From assembly GCA_030647415.1 (NCBI GenBank), contig JAUSKB010000023.1, positions 1 through 48,456 of the forward strand: DNA of 48,456 bases. The letters run 5' to 3'. Below are positions 35,683 to 44,782 of the stretch, in pieces (positions within the stretch are counted from its first letter, which is position 1; each line of letters begins with the position of its first letter). This stretch comes from a bacterium. Lineage in GTDB: Bacteria; Patescibacteriota; Minisyncoccia; UBA6257; GWB1-50-10. The position numbers and the translations under genes were made by a program. The notes under the pieces were generated by a model. That model saw only the letters and a program-made list of their open reading frames with translations. It was not told the DNA's origin and ran no database searches.

Positions 35683-37641
35683 ATGCGGTATAAGAATTTT
35701 GGATTCGTGCGCGTCGCTGCGGCGGTGCCAAAGGTAACAATTGGCGACCCGCTGGCGAATGTTGAGCATATGCTACAGCTCGCCACTAGAGCATATACGC
35801 AGGGTGTGCAGGTACTCGCCTTCCCTGAGCTGGGCCTAACCGGATACTCGTGCGGGGACATGTTCTCGCAGGAGCTACTACTCGACACTACGCTGGACGC
35901 GCTCTTCCACTTCACTACGACGACGGCGCGATACAACACGCTGTATGTCGTCGGATTGCCGATGCGCATCGACGGCCAGCTCTATAACGTCGCTGCCTTC
36001 GTCGCAAACGGAAGCATCCTCGGGATCGTGCCGAAAGGACACATCCCGAACTACAAGGAGTTCCAGGAAGACCGCTGGTTCCGTCCAGGGACGGAGCTGC
36101 GCGTTGATATCGCGGCGCTTAATTCGCCGGATGGTATGCCATACCAGGTTCCGGCCGGCATGAACATCATCATCGACGTCGAGAACCTTCCCGGCCTCAT
36201 GGTCGGTGCGGACATCTGCGAAGACATCTGGATGCCTATGTCGCCTGGCGAACGCCACGCGCTCCACGGGGCAACCTTGCTGGTGAATATCTCAGCTTCG
36301 AACGATACGGTGGGCAAGTCAGACTTCCGCCGCCTTCTCGTGAACTCGAGGTCAGGGAAATGTGTCGCCGGGCAGATATATGTGTCCTGCGGGCCGTGGG
36401 AGTCATCCGCGGAGACGGTGTTTGGAGGCGACGCGATGATCAGCGCAAATGGGACGGTCGTTGCGGGATCGAAGCGATTCAGCTTCGAGCCTCAGCTCAT
36501 CGTCGCCGACGTTGACGTTGCGGCACTCACACGCGAGCGGACCCAGACGGGCACCTTCGGAGCCGCTTCGGCACTAGAGCGCGCGGAGTACGTTGTAGTC
36601 CCCTGCTCTATTGGAGAGCTTGATCTCTCAAACAGCTTCCGCATACCAGTGGATCCGTTTCCTTTCGTTCCGTCCGATCCTGCGACGCGCGATGCTCGAT
36701 GCGAAGAGGTGTTCAGCATCCAGATGACCGGCCTCATCCGCCGATTACTCCACGTTTTCAAGGGGAGGACGCCTACCGTAACCATTGGGATCTCCGGTGG
36801 GCTTGATTCCACACTGGCACTGCTTGTTCTGGTGAAGGCGTACCTGCACATAGGGTGGGACCTCAAGGGTATTATCGCGGTCACCATGCCGGGTCCGGGT
36901 ACGAAGTCACGAACGCTGAAAAACGTGTTCCGACTCTGTACGGCGCTCGGCATCACGGTGCGGAAGATACCAATCACTAGGGCGGTGACGCGCCACCTCA
37001 GAGACATCGGACACGAACCATGCTGGGCATGCCTCACCTGCGAGAACGCCCAGGCACGTGAGCGGACCAAGATCCTCATGGACCTTGGCTTCATGATCAA
37101 TACCGGCGACCTATCAGAGGGCATACTCGGGTGGTGTACCTACGGCGGAGATCAGGATGGCATGTATGCCGTAAACGCAGGAGTCCCCAAGACGCTCGTC
37201 CGGCACATTGTTGGCTGGGAGGCAAACCACCAACAAGCTAACATTCGGAAGATTCTCAAGGACATCTTGGAAACACCTATCTCACCCGAGCTGACCAAAG
37301 CGGTGCAACAAACAGAGTCAAGGATCGGTCCATACGCGCTACACGACTTCTTCATCTGGCACATGTTTCGTCATGGATCATGGCCTGAGAAGATTCTCTT
37401 CCTTGCTGAGGTTGCCTTTGAGGGGACATACAGCCGCGAGATAATCCTGAAGTGGATGCTCGTGTACTATGAGCGATTCTTCGGAAACCAGTTCAAGCGG
37501 GACGCGTCGCCGAATGGCCCAAAGATCGGGGCGGTAAGCATCTCGCCGCGAGGCGACCTCAGGATGCCCTCAGATATGGAGGGTAGGCTCTGGGTAGACG
37601 AGGTGATGCGTCTGGGGGCTAATCCACCAGACAACGAGTGA
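35683..37641 (+). CDS. nadE: Glutamine-dependent NAD+ synthetase
   Basis: Nitrilase domain FPELGLTGY, PNYKEF, ICEDIW; synthetase GISGGLDST, ENAQARER, TGDLSE, NQFKR, SPRGD. Confidence 0.96.
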   Translation: MRYKNFGFVRVAAAVPKVTIGDPLANVEHMLQLATRAYTQGVQVLAFPELGLTGYSCGDMFSQELLLDTTLDALFHFTTTTARYNTLYVVGLPMRIDGQLYNVAAFVANGSILGIVPKGHIPNYKEFQEDRWFRPGTELRVDIAALNSPDGMPYQVPAGMNIIIDVENLPGLMVGADICEDIWMPMSPGERHALHGATLLVNISASNDTVGKSDFRRLLVNSRSGKCVAGQIYVSCGPWESSAETVFGGDAMISANGTVVAGSKRFSFEPQLIVADVDVAALTRERTQTGTFGAASALERAEYVVVPCSIGELDLSNSFRIPVDPFPFVPSDPATRDARCEEVFSIQMTGLIRRLLHVFKGRTPTVTIGISGGLDSTLALLVLVKAYLHIGWDLKGIIAVTMPGPGTKSRTLKNVFRLCTALGITVRKIPITRAVTRHLRDIGHEPCWACLTCENAQARERTKILMDLGFMINTGDLSEGILGWCTYGGDQDGMYAVNAGVPKTLVRHIVGWEANHQQANIRKILKDILETPISPELTKAVQQTESRIGPYALHDFFIWHMFRHGSWPEKILFLAEVAFEGTYSREIILKWMLVYYERFFGNQFKRDASPNGPKIGAVSISPRGDLRMPSDMEGRLWVDEVMRLGANPPDNE

Positions 37642-37658
37642 GGTGAGTTATCACAACA

Positions 37659-37689
37659 AACCCCGGCATATGCCGGGGTTGCTTTTTTG
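37659..37689 (+). terminator. Terminator after nadE
   Basis: AACCCCGGC-ATAT-GCCGGGGTT followed by GCTTTTTTG. Confidence 0.75.
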
Positions 37690-37739
37690 TGCATAAAAAT
37701 AGAATCTCCCGGCCGAGGCCGGGAGATAGGTTATTTTTC

Positions 37740-37895
37740 TCAGAAGAATCCGCCGCCCGAAGAGCTTTGGGTTCCTCTTTATTGACAATGCTCACCGTCG
37801 AAACACCGTCCGGCGCCGTTCCACTTTCGATCTGACCGACAAGCTCGTCGGTCGCGCGACCGGTACCCTTGATGAGGACCACTGGCCATTTTTCA
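37740..37895 (-). pseudogene. Possible C-terminal remnant of a SLOG (TRPM-like) domain gene
   Basis: KWPVVLIKGTGRATDEL resembles the SLOG PVxVxxG(S/T)GRxAD motif; no intact N-terminus. Confidence 0.4.
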
Positions 37896-38005
37896 ATGCA
37901 GCCATTTTAATCCCATCGGTGGCATCACTTTACTAGCGCCACATTGACATGCGTGTGCCAAGAAGCGTAGAAAGAGCTTATATCTTTTACAACCAGGAGA
38001 GCTGC

Positions 38006-38284
38006 ATGTTCCATGATATGGAAATTAGCATGGGAGAATTCCCGAAACCCGCCGCAGCGCCAGCAGAGTACCTCGCGAACGAACTTGAGACGGCGCTGGT
38101 GGGAGCGGTGATACGACTCACCCACCGCACCGACCGGGCCGTCTGGAACAACACCAGAAGGTCGCCGCTCGCGCACCGGAAGAACCATATCCGATGCTGC
38201 GAAAGGTGCCAGGCAATGCTGCGCGAAGGTCGCCTAAGCATCGAGGCGCTCCTCGACGAGCTCTCGAACGCGGTCCAGCGATAA
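38006..38284 (+). CDS. Hypothetical protein with CxxC motif
   Basis: SD AGGAG before ATG 38006, TTGACA upstream, HIRCCERCQ, terminator-like hairpin after stop. Confidence 0.55.
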   Translation: MFHDMEISMGEFPKPAAAPAEYLANELETALVGAVIRLTHRTDRAVWNNTRRSPLAHRKNHIRCCERCQAMLREGRLSIEALLDELSNAVQR

Positions 38285-38333
38285 AATAACAAGCCCCCCA
38301 TACTGCGGGACTTTTTCACTCCCTGGAATCAAC

Positions 38334-38375
38334 ACATTCGCGCTGCTGCGCTCAGTATTTCTTCACCGTCGTTCC
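38334..38375. repeat. Third copy of the ACATTCGCGCTG..GCGCTCAGTAT element, abutting recQ stop
   Basis: ACATTCGCGCTGCTGCGCTCAGTATTTCTTCACC matches 11399/11446 copies. Confidence 0.75.
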
Positions 38376-39556
38376 TCAAAGCACACATCGCACATGCCGC
38401 AGTTGTCGCCGTTTAACCGCTCGCCGAAGTACGAGAGGAGCATCTTCCGGCGGCACCGCCAGGCGGTCGCGTACGTCACCATCGTGTCGAGCTGCATCGC
38501 GGCGACCGTCGCTCGGTGCTCGTCCGTCATCTGCCGGATAAAGTACTCGTGCTTCGCCTTGTCGGCATAGCTAAAAAACAGAATGCACTCCGCCGGCAGG
38601 CCGTCGCGGCCCGCCCGCCCCGTCTCCTGGTAGTACCCCTCAAGATTTTTCGGCAAATCGTAGTGGATGACGAACCGCACATCCGGCTTGTCAATGCCCA
38701 TGCCGAAGGCGATGGTCGCGGTGATGACATGGACGGTCCCCTTCATGAAGTGCTCCTGGTTCGCCGTCCGCTCCTTCTGGGGAAGTCCCGCGTGATACGG
38801 CATCGCGGCGATGCCCGCATCGGAGAGGCGTGCCGCGACCCGTTCCGCAGTCGCGCGGCTGTGGCAATACACGATGCCGGATTGCCCCTGGTGGTCCTCT
38901 GCATAATTTATAACCTGCGCGAGTGCCTCCTGCTTCGGCCGAACCTGGTAGATGAGATTCTTCCGGTCGAAGCTCCCAATGAACGCCCGGTGGTTCGAGA
39001 GTGCGAGCTGGCGCACAATGTCCTCGCGGACCTTCAGTGTCGCGGTTGCGGTTAAGGCTACCACCGGCACGTCCGGAAAAAGCTCCCGCAGTTCCCCCAG
39101 GCGGCGGTACTCCGGCCGGAAGTCATGTCCCCATTCCGAGATGCAGTGCGCCTCGTCTACCGCGATGAGCGCGACCGAGAGTGAGGAAATAAGGTCGAGA
39201 AACCCCGGCTTCATGATGCGCTCCGGCGCGACGTACAGGAGCTTCACCTCGCGCGCGGCGAGCCGCCGCCATACTTCGCGCTCTTCCACCACGCCGAGGC
39301 TCGAGTTCAGGTACACTGCGGGAATTGAGCTTTCCTTGAGTCCCGCCACTTGGTCCTTCATGAGCGAGATGAGGGGTGAGATAACGAGCGTGATACCGGA
39401 AAAGAGAAGTGCGGGCAATTGGTAGCAGAGCGATTTCCCGCCGCCCGTGGGCAGGAGCGCCAGCGTGTCCTTGCGCTGGAGCACGTGGAGAATGATGTCT
39501 TCTTGAAGTGGGAGAAACTCCGTGAAACCAAAATGAGTCTTCAGGGTCTTCTGCAT
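38363..39556 (-). CDS. recQ: ATP-dependent DNA helicase RecQ (ends after Zn-binding region; no winged-helix/HRDC)
   Basis: PTGGGKSLCYQLP, VDEAHCISEWGHDFRP, ALTATAT, ATIAFGMGIDKPDVR, QETGRAGRDG, CRR...CGMCDVC. Confidence 0.95.
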   Translation of the reverse strand: MQKTLKTHFGFTEFLPLQEDIILHVLQRKDTLALLPTGGGKSLCYQLPALLFSGITLVISPLISLMKDQVAGLKESSIPAVYLNSSLGVVEEREVWRRLAAREVKLLYVAPERIMKPGFLDLISSLSVALIAVDEAHCISEWGHDFRPEYRRLGELRELFPDVPVVALTATATLKVREDIVRQLALSNHRAFIGSFDRKNLIYQVRPKQEALAQVINYAEDHQGQSGIVYCHSRATAERVAARLSDAGIAAMPYHAGLPQKERTANQEHFMKGTVHVITATIAFGMGIDKPDVRFVIHYDLPKNLEGYYQETGRAGRDGLPAECILFFSYADKAKHEYFIRQMTDEHRATVAAMQLDTMVTYATAWRCRRKMLLSYFGERLNGDNCGMCDVCFEERR

Positions 39557-39634
39557 GTCGGTGCCATAGTACCATGCGAGCCTCGGTCGGACTACCACAC
39601 CGCTACACCCAACCTATGCACAGGCCATGGTTCC

Positions 39635-39676
39635 AGAACTTGTCATTCCGGACGGCCGTCTGGAATGACAAGTTCT
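39635..39676. repeat. 42-bp palindromic repeat, copy 1
   Basis: AGAACTTGTCATTCCGGACGGCCGTCTGGAATGACAAGTTCT. Confidence 0.85.
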
Positions 39677-39865
39677 GGATTTTATGGGAGGGGCGGATAC
39701 GCCGGCGGATAGAAGGCGGCGTACCACTACAGCGACGACCCTGTCCCTATGGGGCGAAGGCCCGGGGAAGCCGTGGGCGGTCCATGCCCGTTAGAATTTT
39801 GCATAGTATCTATATTCAAAAAAATCACATGTGCGTGCAAAACTCTAACGGGGTATACTGGTCGT

Positions 39866-40180
39866 ATGCGGTCACCAAAATACATCGCCCTCCTCCAGTC
39901 GGTCGGCGTCGCGGCATACGTTGCCGTCTTTGCGGCCGTCGTCCAGACGACACAAGCCATCGTACTCCCGCAAAGCCTGGTGCCCGTCCTCGGTATTGCC
40001 CTCTTCCTTCTCGCCTTTGTCACCTCCGCGCTCATCTGCGCCGCCATCGTCTTCGGATATCCGGCAACCCTGTTTTTTGACGGCAAAAAACGCGAGGCGC
40101 TCGAGATCGTCGGGTGGACCATGGCCTGGTGCGTCATCCTCCTCGCAATCATAGGCACTGCCGTTGTACTTTTACAGTAA
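39866..40180 (+). CDS. Small membrane protein (3 TM), hypothetical
   Basis: Hydrophobic helices, LLAFVTSALICAAIVFGYP; TATACT 6 nt upstream of ATG. Confidence 0.75.
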   Translation: MRSPKYIALLQSVGVAAYVAVFAAVVQTTQAIVLPQSLVPVLGIALFLLAFVTSALICAAIVFGYPATLFFDGKKREALEIVGWTMAWCVILLAIIGTAVVLLQ

Positions 40181-40267
40181 CCACGCAAAGCAAACTGAGG
40201 TGTCGGTTGGAACTGAAACAATGAGCGAGAATGTCCCCACCGGCATAACTTACTATGTAACAGTCCT

Positions 40268-40309
40268 AGAACTTGTCATTTCAGACGGCCGTCTGAAGTG
40301 ACAAGTTCT
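40268..40309. repeat. 42-bp palindromic repeat, copy 2
   Basis: AGAACTTGTCATTTCAGACGGCCGTCTGAAGTGACAAGTTCT. Confidence 0.85.
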
Positions 40310-40334
40310 TGGTATTGAGAGAGACTGCCGGAGA

Positions 40335-40394
40335 GCCGAGGGATACCACCAGCGGTACCTCGAGAAGCACGGCGGCGGCGTGTGCCATATATAA
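40335..40394 (+). pseudogene. msrA: 3' remnant of a methionine sulfoxide reductase A gene
   Basis: Translates AEGYHQRYLEKHGGGVCHI*, matching the MsrA AExYHQxY...CH C-terminus; no upstream ORF. Confidence 0.6.
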
Positions 40395-40451
40395 AAATGC
40401 CACGCTGGTAAAGACCAGGTGGCATTTCTTTCAAAGAACAGTTGCCCCTAC

Positions 40452-40679
40452 CTAGGGAGAACGCCTCACGTGAAAACCAAACGCATCGGCTGCGTTCAGT
40501 GTTTCTCTCTCATAACTCTCTCGAGAATCATCGAGATCCGGGTTGACCATAAACATCATGGTCGCCCTCCGTGTTTTCCCTCCGGCGCCATCGTACGTGT
40601 GGCCATCGGAATGAAGTTTTGGCATCCCTACCCCGTTAGTCAGGGTTGTGGTGAGTACTACTATGGGTTTCTTGCCCAT
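40452..40679 (-). CDS. Small hypothetical protein
   Basis: SD GGAGG before ATG 40679; hairpin at about 40395-40428 downstream. Confidence 0.45.
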   Translation of the reverse strand: MGKKPIVVLTTTLTNGVGMPKLHSDGHTYDGAGGKTRRATMMFMVNPDLDDSRESYERETLNAADAFGFHVRRSP

Positions 40680-40968
40680 AATGGAACCTCCCTCGGTGTA
40701 TAGGTGGGTATAAGCTTTTAAACCGTGGCACTGGGAGCGCCACACTGACGATAACGGTATCATACCGCACCCTCACGAGCAACAAGCAACAAAAACAGAC
40801 TTCCTTACTACATTTTTCTACAATGATATCCAGGCGAAACCTACCCGCCCGAATCGCCGCGCGAAGCAGTGAATTCCCGGCGAATCCTACTTTCCCAAGC
40901 GTCGAAACGCTAAGTATCATCGGAACATATTGATTTCACTTCTCTGTCCCCGCCCTGAAATTTTCGTA

Positions 40969-41086
40969 TGCCCGCGTACCCTACTTTCCCGGCCCCCGAG
41001 GGAGCAAGTATCATCGGGCCAAGACACTTTCACTGCTCTGTTCGGAATGGGAAGAGGTGGGTCATGTCTTGGTAAAACACGAGCAA
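40969..41086 (-). rRNA. rrf: 5S rRNA
   Basis: Minus strand CCACCTCTTCCCATTCCGAACAGAGCAGTGAAA...CCGATGATACT...GGGAAAGTAGG; flanked by CTGAAATTTTCGT/ACGAAAATTTCAG stem. Confidence 0.93.
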
Positions 41087-41298
41087 ACGAAAATTTCAGT
41101 GCGGCCGCACAAGAACAACGGGTCAGTTTACTGAAGTAGAGAGGTTCGGTCGCATATCGCTTCTCCGTCCGCGTAATTCGCGAACGGAACAAGCAGTGGG
41201 GGTATTAGTACTCCTAGGCTAAACACCTTACGGTGCGTACACCGAGAGCCTATCAACCTGGTAGTCTTCCAGGGCCCCATAGTGTCTCATCTTGGGAG

Positions 41299-41332
<34 letters not shown>

Positions 41333-41473
41333 CGTCCGAACATAGCTACCTGGCGATTCACCTGGTGGCAAAGCCAGTAGACCAGAGGTTCGTTCAACCC
41401 GGTCCTCTCGTACTAGGGTCGACTTCCCTCAAACACTCACGCCGACAGTAGATAGAGACCAACCTGTCTCACG

Positions 41474-41957
41474 CATGTTCTCGCGCATTGCTGCGCGCAT
41501 AGGACTATATCTTCATCCAAGTTTTGGATGATCGACGTGTAGTCTCTACGGGGTTAATGTTATTTTATAATTATTCTTCTCCGATTTGGGCTTTTATACT
41601 ATCTCCAATAGTTGATTCTATATCAACTCTTATGTCATTCAATTCCCAAAAAATCTTACGCAATACAACAAGTATTGCTATTAGAAGTCCAATAATTATC
41701 AATAAACTTAGTAGAATTATTATTTCCATAATTTCATTATAACACAACTTCCCTCGGTATTGTCCGTCATGATTTTGGTCAAACCATGTGGATTCCACCG
41801 AAATAGTCGATTTTTGCACCATAACATTACTGCTATGGGCCGCCGTGATGTGATCTGTCTTCTATCTCTCTTCGTTGACGAAAAAAACTAAAACATACTC
41901 GACGTCTGAGTCCCAGATTCAAACCGTTCATGCGCCAATCGCTCGATTAGCACATCA
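41474..41957 (-). ncRNA. Group I intron at 23S position 2593 (E. coli numbering)
   Basis: Splits AAACCGT|CGTGAGACA; ends in G; IGS TCACGGCGG gives P1 with U-G and P10; core elements TTTCGGTGGAATCC, AATACCGAGGGAAG, GTAGAGACTACACG, GAAGATATAGTCC. Confidence 0.92.
41571..41729 (-). CDS. Intron-encoded 52-aa single-TM protein (not a homing endonuclease)
   Basis: MEIIILLSLLIIIGLLIAILVVLRKIFWELNDIRVDIES...; AT-rich, located between Q and R core elements. Confidence 0.5.
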   Translation of the reverse strand: MEIIILLSLLIIIGLLIAILVVLRKIFWELNDIRVDIESTIGDSIKAQIGEE

Positions 41958-41983
41958 ACGGTTTGAACCCAGCTCACGTACCA

Positions 41984-42014
<31 letters not shown>

Positions 42015-43398
42015 GCTTCTTCACCCCCGGGATGTGGTGAGCCGACATCGAGGTGCCGAGCGCGGTCGTCGCTAGGGACGCTCGGACCGCACCAGCCTGT
42101 TATCCCCGGAGTAACTTTTATCCGTTATCTCCAACCTTCCTATGAAGCACTCGCGCATTATAAATAACGCGCGAGCATTGTTGTCGGGTCGCTAACCTCC
42201 GCTTTCGCGCCTGCGCGACTTGTAGGTCTTGCAGTTAAGCCGGCTTTTGCGTTTGCACGTCCAGCGCGATTTCCATCCGCGCCAAGCCGACCTTGATAGG
42301 CCCCTCCGTTACCTTTTAGGAGGGTTCCGCCCCAGAAAAACTGCCCGCCAGGCACTGTCCCTGTGCGTTTTTGCCGCACTGGTTAGACAGTAGCAATTCG
42401 AAGATGGGTGTTTCATTGACGGATCCACTCCGACCGAGGTCGGAGCTTCAAATCCTCCCCACTACGCTACGCAGCGAACCACTACTTTCAATACCAAGCT
42501 ACAGTAAAGCTTCCGGGGTCTTTTCGTCTTACTGCCGGTAACCCGCGTCTTCACGGGTATCGCACTTTCATCGAGCGTGCCGCTGAGACAGTTCTCCGAT
42601 CATTACGCCTTTCATGCGCTCCGGAACTTACCCGGAAAGGAATTGCGCTACTTTAACACGGTTATAGTTACCGCGGACATTGACGAGGGCTTCGGGCAGT
42701 GAGCCATAACCATCCTTGCGGATGACCACGACCCCCACCGTTAACCTTCTCGCATCGGTCAGGCGTCACCCCCTATACATCCTCTTGCGAGTTCGCAGGG
42801 AGCTGTGTTTTTGGTAAACAGTTGCCAGAGAAACTTTAGCTGCGGCCCCGCTTGCGCGGGGCAAGGCTTATCCCGAAGTTACGCCTAGCTTTTTTGCCGA
42901 GTTCCTTAGCGGCAGGTCACTCGTTCCCCTGAGGCTACTCGCCTCATCCACCTGTGGCGGTTTACGGTACGGGGCCAATAGCGCCCTTAGAGGGTTTTCT
43001 CGAGAGGCTCTTCTGCTGCATTGCCCACGGAAAACCGTGGACTGCCGCCGCCGCCGCATGCCGCCAGTGAAGGCCGACTCCCGGATTTGCCAGGGAGCCC
43101 ATGCTTACGGTAGCGATGTCAAACCAGTGAGACACGCAGCTCTATTTCCTCTGTCACCCCATCGGTATCTCGCTATTGGCGGGCTGGAATATTAACCAGC
43201 TGTCCATCAGCTGCGGCTTTCGCCATTGCCTAAGGGCCGCCTCACCCTCCGACGATGTTCGTTGCGGAGGAAACCTTGGATTTGCGGGGAGCGCGGTTTT
43301 CACGCGCTTTGTGATTACTCGTCCCAACATTCTCTCTTCCCTGCGCTCCACCGGCCCTCACGGATCCGGCTTCAGTGCACAGGAAATGCTCTCCTACC

Positions 43399-43519
43399 GT
43401 CGTTACTCGCCCGAATGCAACACACGAATGAAATCGAATATAACCGAATAAAAACGCATTCGTTCAGTATTCGATTAGATTCGTTCATATTCGTGGGCTC
43501 CATTCGAGCGAGCAGCGAC
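43399..43519 (-). other. Intervening sequence in 23S helix 45 region
   Basis: Long hairpin closed by GTCGTTACTCGC/GCGAGCAGCGAC with repeated CGAAT/ATTCG units, at the position of E. coli ~1170. Confidence 0.75.
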
Positions 43520-44138
43520 CCGCGTCTTCGGTGGCGTGCTTAAGCCCCGGTAAATTTTCGGCGCACGCGTCCTCGAATAGTGAGTTGTTACACACTCTTT
43601 AAAGGATGGCTACCTCTAAGCCAACCTCCTATCTGTCAATGGACGCGCACTACCTTTCACACTGAGCACGCACTTGGGGACCTTAGACGGCGATCTGGGC
43701 TCTTCCCCTCGCGACCACGGAGCTTAGCCCCCGCAGTCTGACTCCCGCGCTTATACGTTCCGGCATTCGGAGTTTGATTGGTGGCCCGAGCTTTCGCCCA
43801 TTGGCTACCATCCAGTGCTCTACCTCCGGAACGGAACACGCGAGGCTAGTCCTAAAACTATTTCGGAGAGAACCAGCTATTACCAAACTCGATTAGCTTT
43901 TCACTCCTTACCCCAGCTCATCCGAGAGTGTTGAACAACTCACCGGTGCGGGCCTCCCTCTGTATTTCTACAGAGTTCACCCTGGCCAAGGCAAGCTCGT
44001 CTGGTTTCGGGTCTTACGCACGCGACTGAACGCCCTGTTCAGACTCGGTTTCCCTGCGGCTTCGTCGCCTGAGGCGACTTAACCTTGCCGCGTACGTAAA
44101 GTCGTTGGGTCATTCTTCAATAGGCACACCGTCACCCC

Positions 44139-44269
44139 GTGTGCGCAGCACACAGTTGGCTAGTTTGTTAGTCACGCTTCGCTTTGGTTTGTTAGTTTGA
44201 AGACTAATCAACTAATAAACTGCAAACGAGCGTAGCGAGTGAAACTATTAAACTGTGTGCTACGCACAC
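44139..44269 (-). other. Intervening sequence in 23S helix 25 region
   Basis: Hairpin closed by GTGTGCGCAGCACACAGTT/AACTGTGTGCTACGCACAC with 8-nt periodic TAGTTTGT/AAACTAAT units. Confidence 0.8.
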
Positions 44270-44332
44270 TTAAGGCTCCGGTTCCTTGTAAGTGGATGGT
44301 TTCAGGTACTATTTCATCGCCCTCCCGGGCTG

Positions 44333-44376
<44 letters not shown>

Positions 44377-44553
44377 CAGGTATTTAGCCTTGCCAGATAG
44401 TACTGGCGGATTCCCCCGAGGTTTTTTGGCCTCGAGGTACTCAAGGATACAGACGAGAGTTCGCTCGGTTTTCGTCTACCGGCCTATCACCGTCTTTGGG
44501 TCCGCTTTCCAGCGGATTCGACTAACCGGCGAGTTTGTAACTCTCTATCGGCA

Positions 44554-44624
44554 TAACCAAACAACAAACAACCTACAACCTACAACGATGAAGTCGTTGG
44601 TTGTGTGTTGTTCGTTGTCGGTTA
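44554..44624 (-). other. Heptamer-repeat hairpin insertion in 23S domain I
   Basis: ACAACAA/ACAACCT units pairing with GTTG-rich arm. Confidence 0.65.
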
Positions 44625-44649
44625 CCCAAAGTGTCCACACCTTACAACC

Positions 44650-44782
44650 CCCATGCACAGCACGCAGTTAACTAGTTTGTCAGTTACGCTTCGCTTTAGT
44701 TTGTTAGTTTGAAAACTAATCAACTAATAAACTGCAAACGAGTGTAGCGAGTGAAACTAATAAACTATGTGCCGTGCACGGG
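44650..44782 (-). other. Second copy of the helix-25 insertion element, in 23S domain I (~E. coli 270-290)
   Basis: Core nearly identical to 44139-44269. Confidence 0.8.

Noticed and set aside
41474-41957. Homing endonuclease in the intron
   Set aside because: No LAGLIDADG, HNH or GIY-YIG motif and no long ORF
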